Below are positions 9,155 to 15,525 of a stretch of 38,047 nucleotides of DNA, in pieces. The stretch covers positions 1 to 38,047 of IMG/VR virus record IMGVR_UViG_3300042251_000001. One strand, given 5' to 3'. The stretch is from a virus. Lineage: Duplodnaviria; Caudoviricetes. Position numbers and translations under genes: made by a program. The notes under the pieces were generated by a model. It was not told where the DNA came from and did no database searches. It saw only the letters and a program-made list of their open reading frames with translations. Position 1 is the first letter of the stretch; every line of letters starts with the position of its first letter.

Positions 9155-9374
9155 CAAACTATTTACAAGGAGTGTGTATCACACAGACGCTTACAGGGAG
9201 TACGGACTAGGTGTGTACGGACGAAAGTCTCTGGCTACAATCACCCTATATGATAGGTATGATCGAACGCTGGGTGGGAGCTTATATCTTAGCCTGGATG
9301 CCCCAAACGTGTTTCTGTCAGTGCAAATCTGGAAGAAATGTATTACATTGGCAATCAATGATGAATTTGAATAA
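9144..9374 (+). CDS. Hypothetical protein
   Basis: Fills the gap in a tightly packed operon; start uncertain. Confidence 0.55.
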   Translation: MFFDKLFTRSVYHTDAYREYGLGVYGRKSLATITLYDRYDRTLGGSLYLSLDAPNVFLSVQIWKKCITLAINDEFE

Positions 9375-9387
9375 GGAGGAATAATAC

Positions 9388-9627
9388 ATGCTATTTAAAG
9401 TATATGGTAAACCAGATTGTCCGTTCTGCACTAAAACAGTCCAGATTCTTCAGGACAACAACATCCCGTATCAGTATTACACTGTTGGGGAGCATATTAC
9501 TAAAGAGGAACTTGAAGAGATGCTTGGTATGACTGTTAAAAGTGTTCCAGTCATCCTAAACGGTATCCGCTATGTGGGCGGATATGAACAGCTTTGTGAT
9601 TACCTAATAGAAGAGGACTTAGTTTGA
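9388..9627 (+). CDS. Glutaredoxin
   Basis: CPFC, SVPVI, YVGGY; strong AGGAGG RBS. Confidence 0.93.
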   Translation: MLFKVYGKPDCPFCTKTVQILQDNNIPYQYYTVGEHITKEELEEMLGMTVKSVPVILNGIRYVGGYEQLCDYLIEEDLV

Positions 9628-9628
9628 T

Positions 9629-10474
9629 ATGGAGAGCTATTTTACGAAAACAATAGACTGGAAGATGACTATTGGTCACATATTCAAAACAAAAAACTGT
9701 GGGGATATCAGGATACTTAAACAATATGGGGATTTTGTTGATGTTGAATTCATGGATACTGGGTACGTAAAATGCCGCGTATCTAAATCTTCTGTAAACG
9801 CAGGGATAGTCAATGATCCTTATGCTAGAAAAGTTTTTGGTAGAGGTTACATGGGAGAGTGCTACACAAAAGACAAAAAGTGTTGGATGACATGGCATGA
9901 CATGCTCAGAAGAAAGTACGACCCATATCCCAGAGACGGGCAGTACGCAAGATCAGTAGAAATATGCGAAGAGTGGGAAAACCTCTCTGCCTTCCAGAAA
10001 TGGTTCAACGATAACTATATAGATGGCTTTGTCTTAGACAAGGATTTACTCTCTGGTACACTATATTCAGAAGACACTTGCTTATACATACCCAGTTCTG
10101 TAAATACTATGTTAAGTATAAGGAAGAGGTCATCTGATGTTGATCCATCACGCCCTGTTGGGGTTTATAAAAGCAAAAGTAAGCGTCTATATAATGTCAA
10201 ATGGACAACAAAGGAGTCGCACATAAGTGTAGATGCATTGATGGGTGAAAGATATGCCGTGGAAGTTTATTTAGACATGAAGTGTTCGGCTGTATATAAA
10301 GAGTTTATGAAATTCGCACACATTATACCTGCTGAGAGGATTAAAGTGTTTACAGATAATTTGTATCAGTGTGTACTTAGACAGTGTATGGACGTATCGG
10401 AGAATATCCACTATTCTGAGATACTAAAGGATCTTTCAACTTATGACAACATGCTCAGGGAGGATGTTGAATGA
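9629..10474 (+). CDS. HNH-type homing endonuclease
   Basis: W.DMLRR.Y, ICEEW..LSAFQKW, LDKDLL, YSEDTCLYIP..VN, PVGV. Confidence 0.82.
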   Translation: MESYFTKTIDWKMTIGHIFKTKNCGDIRILKQYGDFVDVEFMDTGYVKCRVSKSSVNAGIVNDPYARKVFGRGYMGECYTKDKKCWMTWHDMLRRKYDPYPRDGQYARSVEICEEWENLSAFQKWFNDNYIDGFVLDKDLLSGTLYSEDTCLYIPSSVNTMLSIRKRSSDVDPSRPVGVYKSKSKRLYNVKWTTKESHISVDALMGERYAVEVYLDMKCSAVYKEFMKFAHIIPAERIKVFTDNLYQCVLRQCMDVSENIHYSEILKDLSTYDNMLREDVE

Positions 10475-10941
10475 ACACATATAATGTCGTGTATGATGTC
10501 CTAAATGAAGATGCAGGTGAATGGGAACGATGTTCTTCAAACATTGTAGCATCCACTGCTTATTATGCTGAAAAGCACATCTGCGATTCATTCGATGTTG
10601 TTAAGATTGTCAAGACAACACCATTCAAGCATCAAGGTGACAAGAACACCAACACAGCTCTTGGTGACATCCTGATCAATATGATTGTGTCCAAGGACAA
10701 TGAGTACAACGGACATTGCCAGCTAGAGATTGGTGAGATATGCTTAGACACATTACTAGAGATTACAGCATCTCTGGAGGAGTATTGTAACAAGAACAAT
10801 CTTAGCAAAGGGATGTGCCATGCTAAGGTGTTCTCGGATAAGAGTGGTGTTGTTGAGATGTCAGATTGGTGGGAACAAGGAGAACATCCGTTGGGTCACA
10901 CAGAACGTACAATGTTTGGATTCAAACTTAGAGGCAGTTGA
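10471..10941 (+). CDS. Hypothetical protein
   Basis: ORF with GGAGG RBS and ATGA overlap. Confidence 0.7.
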   Translation: MNTYNVVYDVLNEDAGEWERCSSNIVASTAYYAEKHICDSFDVVKIVKTTPFKHQGDKNTNTALGDILINMIVSKDNEYNGHCQLEIGEICLDTLLEITASLEEYCNKNNLSKGMCHAKVFSDKSGVVEMSDWWEQGEHPLGHTERTMFGFKLRGS

Positions 10942-10986
10942 CAAGACTACACTACAGATGTCTGAACCAAACACTTAGGAGTAAAC

Positions 10987-11403
10987 ATGAAGCTACACAT
11001 ACATAGATTCGTACATAACACACCAATGTCTTACAGTGACATCATCAAGACAGTATCATACAGAGAACATCCTAATGGTATTATAGTTGTCAGATTCACT
11101 GTGAAAGACAAGTATTATGATGTTGATGGTGAATGGTCAGCATACAGTAAAGACTATAAGGGTCACGGATTATCCTTCATGCCTCTGATCTTTGATGGTG
11201 AGAACTACCTAGATCCTTACGGTTGTGATCCGGATGCCTATTACAAACACCCTAATTGGTGGAAGCTAGACCTTGTACTAGAGTGTGATAAGTATTACAC
11301 CAACAAAGTGATTCCATTGAAGCATGAATACTTGTGGGTGTTGATTCCACATGATATTGTGTTCGGGAGTTATGATGAGATGGTTCCACTAGAACTACTC
11401 TGA
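10987..11403 (+). CDS. Hypothetical protein
   Basis: ORF with AGGAG RBS; last gene of the + arm. Confidence 0.7.
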   Translation: MKLHIHRFVHNTPMSYSDIIKTVSYREHPNGIIVVRFTVKDKYYDVDGEWSAYSKDYKGHGLSFMPLIFDGENYLDPYGCDPDAYYKHPNWWKLDLVLECDKYYTNKVIPLKHEYLWVLIPHDIVFGSYDEMVPLELL

Positions 11404-11405
11404 TA

Positions 11406-11450
11406 CAAACAAAAAGGCCAGACATCCAATACGGACATCTGGCCTAAATC
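11406..11450 (-). terminator. Intrinsic terminator of the late (-) arm at the convergence point
   Basis: On - strand AGGCCAGATGTCC-GTATT-GGATGTCTGGCCT then TTTTGTTT. Confidence 0.85.
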
Positions 11451-11470
11451 TTCCTAGCTATTACCCATTA

Positions 11471-11845
11471 TCAGGGGTCAGTCCTCCTACGCCTTAGACA
11501 AGGCTTCCCTTCTGAGTCCAGACACTTCCATTTCAAGAACACCTCTAATCCAAGCAAGAAGAACAATTGAACAAAGGCATTGACCACATCATATAGTGCC
11601 CACAGATAAGCATGTTCTGTTTCTACTACACTATCATAATTGGCTATAATCCAATCCACTTGTAAATACATGAATGCTGTTGTCATAACGATTATGCAAG
11701 TGAGGTATGCGTAGATTATCCAACCCATGCCCCCCTTGTGCGGACATTGTTTTATATGTGGATACAAAAAGATTGTCTTAACAGCAACAATACAATAAAG
11801 ACAGAGTGTGATCCAATGCACCACTTCCAAGATACATAAAGACAT
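11471..11845 (-). CDS. Membrane protein, about 3 TM segments (holin candidate)
   Basis: Three hydrophobic stretches, basic C-tail RRRR, GGAGG RBS, end of late operon. Confidence 0.55.
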   Translation of the reverse strand: MSLCILEVVHWITLCLYCIVAVKTIFLYPHIKQCPHKGGMGWIIYAYLTCIIVMTTAFMYLQVDWIIANYDSVVETEHAYLWALYDVVNAFVQLFFLLGLEVFLKWKCLDSEGKPCLRRRRTDP

Positions 11846-11859
11846 ATCCTCCGCCTTGC

Positions 11860-12153
11860 CTATTGGCCTAGATTAGCTAGATAAGTGATGAACACGATAA
11901 CAGCAGCACTACCAGCCGTAGTACCTAGCCAAACTAATGCACGGGACATTAGCTTGTTGTTATTCACGTCCATCTCCATTTGCCGAATCCTTGGCTCAAG
12001 GGCTTTCAGCTCCTTGATTATCTCATACATCTGTGTTATGTTTTCTGTTAAGAGTGTCGTTGATACAACTAACTGCTGTGTTGATTCAAGCAAGCGGTCA
12101 TGTTGAGACTCTAGCTTCGTTACCCTCCTGTGTAAATCATCCCCTTCACTCAC
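11860..12153 (-). CDS. Coiled-coil protein with C-terminal TM helix (holin/XhlA-like candidate)
   Basis: RVTKLE...RIRQME heptads then a hydrophobic tail; AAGGAGG RBS. Confidence 0.6.
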   Translation of the reverse strand: MSEGDDLHRRVTKLESQHDRLLESTQQLVVSTTLLTENITQMYEIIKELKALEPRIRQMEMDVNNNKLMSRALVWLGTTAGSAAVIVFITYLANLGQ

Positions 12154-12163
12154 AATATCCTCC

Positions 12164-12676
12164 TTATAAGATTAAATAGTCACCATTCTCTTTTGGTATG
12201 TTTAGATACGAATATTCTTGAATATACCAATCCTTATGTTCATCTGGACAGAAGAAAGCCTTGTCTTTGTTGTTATAGGCAAAATATCCAGCAAACCTTA
12301 CGGCTATGTACACATACTGCCTACGCCTCCAAGACATACCTTCAAGCTCACAGAAGTCCTTGAGGATTAAGTCCCAATCCTTCCGAGTCAGGACTGTTTC
12401 GTCTGGATGATATGCGGGGAGTGTATAGCCGAAATCATGTGGTAAGGATGCTATCTCAAGAGGACCAGCTTTGGACACGATACTTCGTAAAGACTTCGGG
12501 ACTGACGCTCCATCATAGATAAAGAAGCGAGGTATGATTATCTTTATCTGAAATCGTGCTGACCACAACACCCAAGGAACAAGTACGATCTTGTCCTCAG
12601 GTGAGTTGCCGTGATAATATCTGACAGAAATTCCGTGCTGAAGTATCTGATCCTTTGATCTGTCGAACGGGATCAT
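12164..12676 (-). CDS. DUF1353-family protein
   Basis: IP..F.YDGASVP, ASLPHDFGY, TRKDWD, YIAVRFAG. Confidence 0.8.
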   Translation of the reverse strand: MIPFDRSKDQILQHGISVRYYHGNSPEDKIVLVPWVLWSARFQIKIIIPRFFIYDGASVPKSLRSIVSKAGPLEIASLPHDFGYTLPAYHPDETVLTRKDWDLILKDFCELEGMSWRRRQYVYIAVRFAGYFAYNNKDKAFFCPDEHKDWYIQEYSYLNIPKENGDYLIL

Positions 12677-13182
12677 AACATAGCTCCTATCTTAATAGCA
12701 GTGTCAGCCAGACGTAGAGCTGTAGACAATGCTGTATTGGCCTCTACAGCCTCCACAAGCTGTCTAAACTCCCTGTCCAGTACGGATGCACTCTGATCAA
12801 ACTCTTTGAATACAGCCCATTCTGAAGCGTTGTAAGCATCCTTGTGAGACAAGACTATCTCTCGAATGCTTAGGTAGGATGATTTGATCTTAGCATACTG
12901 GAACGATACATCTTGTATGTTCAGAACGAGTTTGTCTGGATTGTCTCTGTAATGGTTCAACACACCCTTTGAACGATCTATTTGGTCAAAAGCCTCCAAC
13001 ACCATTGTTACTTCGAGATCAGATAAGGGCGCCTTATCAATAAACTTAACCGCTTGTCCGTTCTCGTATGTATAGGCAATGTTTGTGGCAGAAGTTATAA
13101 CAGAGAGTGTTCGGTTGGTTGTGTCTAAGGAGCACCCGGTTAGGACAGATCCTAAGAACAATGTAGCTACTATCCTCCTCAT
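12673..13182 (-). CDS. Lipoprotein
   Basis: Signal peptide MRRIVATLFLGSV with LTGC lipobox; helical mature part. Confidence 0.75.
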   Translation of the reverse strand: MRRIVATLFLGSVLTGCSLDTTNRTLSVITSATNIAYTYENGQAVKFIDKAPLSDLEVTMVLEAFDQIDRSKGVLNHYRDNPDKLVLNIQDVSFQYAKIKSSYLSIREIVLSHKDAYNASEWAVFKEFDQSASVLDREFRQLVEAVEANTALSTALRLADTAIKIGAML

Positions 13183-13850
13183 ACGGCCTCCGGTAATATT
13201 ACGCCCATGATCTCCTCAATCGTAGATGCTTGCTGTAGGGCCATCACAGCCTGTTCGTAAGCAGAGAATACCTGAGCCTTACGTTGTGTATATCCAATCA
13301 CAACAGCCTCCAGATCGGCTTTAGAGAGGTCTTGTAGCGTGTTATCAGCCATCACCCATTTGATTGATGTTGTCAGACCAAGAATATCCCAATTCGAGAT
13401 AGTACCTGTCACGTTCTCTCTGTCCTCAATACGTTCCACTTGAACATTATTGATTGGAAGAGAGATACGTTCATCACGTTCTTGCTTGAGAATCTGCCTA
13501 CGTTCTTCACGGAAGAAATTGAGTGTAGATTCTCTGTAGGAAGGTTCTAGTGAAGATAGTGGGCTAGAATCATCTTGGAGGATAATACCATGCTCAACGA
13601 ATACAGCACAGGTGCCTTGCCAGAGATCTTTGTTAGGAACTTCTAGGTTATTTAGTTCTACTAGACGATCTTGCTGAGATTGTGTAGGAACAACATCCTC
13701 GAAGGATAGGTTGGACAGATGGCCCCATTGTCCCACAAGTTGTTCGTAATATTGACGATCATTTGTGTATTGCTCAACAGGATGCCCTGTATCAGTGAAT
13801 ACAGCTTTTGTTGTGTAGAATTGTGCTTCGTTGTTTTGGAAGTAAATCAT
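13179..13850 (-). CDS. Tail fibre assembly/chaperone-like protein (DUF4376-like C-terminus)
   Basis: LKQERDERI, WVMADNT, AST.EEI pattern; position after the fibre module. Confidence 0.7.
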   Translation of the reverse strand: MIYFQNNEAQFYTTKAVFTDTGHPVEQYTNDRQYYEQLVGQWGHLSNLSFEDVVPTQSQQDRLVELNNLEVPNKDLWQGTCAVFVEHGIILQDDSSPLSSLEPSYRESTLNFFREERRQILKQERDERISLPINNVQVERIEDRENVTGTISNWDILGLTTSIKWVMADNTLQDLSKADLEAVVIGYTQRKAQVFSAYEQAVMALQQASTIEEIMGVILPEAV

Positions 13851-14790
13851 CTGGTAATATCCTCTTGATGAAATTGTATCGGTTCATTACTGACGTGAAT
13901 GACAGCCAAGACTTTATAGATTTAACTGATTGTAAGCATCTGATAAGTCCACGTTTGTGTTTGTAGAGTAGCGATATGTGTGTCGTGAATATCTTGCAAC
14001 CAAGTCCTACAATACCTCCAGCAACAGGTGTTACAAAGGATTTCTTATCACTTGTGTCTAAGTGCAGGATGTCTTTTGCTGCTTTCCTAACAAGTAGTAA
14101 CATACGTTTAGCTTCAGACTTATCTTTACACACCATAAACAAATCATCGGCATATCTTACATAGTGCCTCAATTTGAGGTGACGCTTGATATATTGGTCA
14201 AGCTCATTCATATAGAGGTTTGCTAATATCTGACTTGTCAGGTTTCCAAGTGGTAATCCATCACTAGGACTACTATCTATGACAATGTTTAACAACTCCT
14301 GTGTTCTAACACAAGGGATCTTCTTAGCAACAATTCTCTTTAGAACACCTCTGTCTATTGTGTAAAAGAATTTAGATATGTCAGTCTTGGCAAAATAACA
14401 CTTGTCGCCATAGTTACGCTTACACACTCTGGCATGTCTCTGTATGGCTATAATTGCCCTGTGTGTCCCTTTACCACGGATACATGCGTAACTGTCGTGT
14501 ATAAACTTAGGCTCTAAGTGGTCACGTATGACATTGTTGATTGCATGTTGAACAATCTTGTCAACGTAGTGTGGTGCATATATCACACGAGGTTTTGGTT
14601 CATACACCATAAATGTATTGTAGCCTGAACATTTGTAAGTGCCATCTATCAACGATTGTTGGAGAATTTTTAGGTTGTGTATAGCGTCTTGTTCAAATCT
14701 TATTGCAGCAACCTTGTGCTTACCTTTCGCCTTACGTGTCTTTTTGTAAGCATCTATTAAGTTATCCCAACTAACAATCCTATCAAACAT
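13792..14790 (-). CDS. DGR reverse transcriptase
   Basis: YEPKPRVIYAP..VDKIVQHA, DISKFFYTI, GLPLGNLTSQILANLY, YVRYADD; next to TR and avd. Confidence 0.96.
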   Translation of the reverse strand: MFDRIVSWDNLIDAYKKTRKAKGKHKVAAIRFEQDAIHNLKILQQSLIDGTYKCSGYNTFMVYEPKPRVIYAPHYVDKIVQHAINNVIRDHLEPKFIHDSYACIRGKGTHRAIIAIQRHARVCKRNYGDKCYFAKTDISKFFYTIDRGVLKRIVAKKIPCVRTQELLNIVIDSSPSDGLPLGNLTSQILANLYMNELDQYIKRHLKLRHYVRYADDLFMVCKDKSEAKRMLLLVRKAAKDILHLDTSDKKSFVTPVAGGIVGLGCKIFTTHISLLYKHKRGLIRCLQSVKSIKSWLSFTSVMNRYNFIKRILPDDLLPKQRSTILHNKSCIH

Positions 14791-14956
14791 AAAGTCCCTT
14801 AATAAAATTATACAAGCACAATGTCCTCTGTGGGTGAGTGTGCCTGCTGTTTATGTATTCGTGCATAACGCACAGGATTAACAACCCCTTATCAAAATAC
14901 TTGATCTTGCATACCCAGCCGTAGCCGAGTACGTATCAGTTAATCAAAATCAGTAG

Positions 14957-15049
14957 GGCAGCCAGCCGTTGTCGGTATTCACATTCGAGGACGTGTTCGA
15001 ATTCAAGTTAGAAAGACGATCATTGCCACGATTGACACGATTGGAGGTG
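14957..15049 (-). repeat. DGR template repeat (TR), 93 bp, non-coding, 23 adenines including 9 AAY codons
   Basis: Gap-free alignment to 15548-15640 and 16295-16386 with mismatches at TR adenines. Confidence 0.97.
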
Positions 15050-15072
15050 ATAGCTGTTAATCCTAAACCTAG

Positions 15073-15444
15073 TTATTTACTGAAGTTGGATTTGTAATCT
15101 TTACTAGAAGATGCTTTAAAATAACCAACCAGTAGTTTGTTTATCTCTGTGAGAGATTCTGAAATATCTTCGAAAAATGCTTGTTTTATGAATTTCCTGT
15201 TAAGTGACAATCTGAATAGCATTTTTAAAGTTTGTAAGCAAGCATCAGCTTCTTGTAAATACACTATACGTTTTGACTTAACAGAGTTGGCTTGGTTTAT
15301 TCTTGTGAGAAATCCTATGAAGTTATCTTTGATGGCAGCCACCGTAGAGTATTTCTCACCACGAGGGTAGTTAATCAAAGATGGATAGATTCTGTAGAAC
15401 AATGATTCTGCTTTAGAGAACACTAGTAATCCATCAGCAACCAT
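15073..15444 (-). CDS. avd: DGR accessory variability determinant (four-helix bundle)
   Basis: 123 aa, basic, YPRGEKY, YLQEADA.L, EINKLLVG; between target gene and TR. Confidence 0.92.
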   Translation of the reverse strand: MVADGLLVFSKAESLFYRIYPSLINYPRGEKYSTVAAIKDNFIGFLTRINQANSVKSKRIVYLQEADACLQTLKMLFRLSLNRKFIKQAFFEDISESLTEINKLLVGYFKASSSKDYKSNFSK

Positions 15445-15456
15445 AATTATTCCTTA

Positions 15457-15496
15457 GTGCGCTAGACGGGGACAAGCCCCGCCATTAAACGCGCAC
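15457..15496 (-). promoter_or_regulatory. GC-rich hairpin downstream of VR1 (candidate DGR target-recognition cruciform)
   Basis: CGGGG-ACAAG-CCCCG core (15467-15481) flanked by GTGCGC/GCGCAC. Confidence 0.55.
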
Positions 15497-15525
15497 ATAT
15501 TAGATGTTAGTGTTAAGAGACAGCC

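Noticed and set aside
13792-14790. RT as a retron, group II intron or Abi RT
   Set aside because: Adjacent avd and TR/VR pairs with adenine-specific mismatches identify a DGR; no maturase domain seen.
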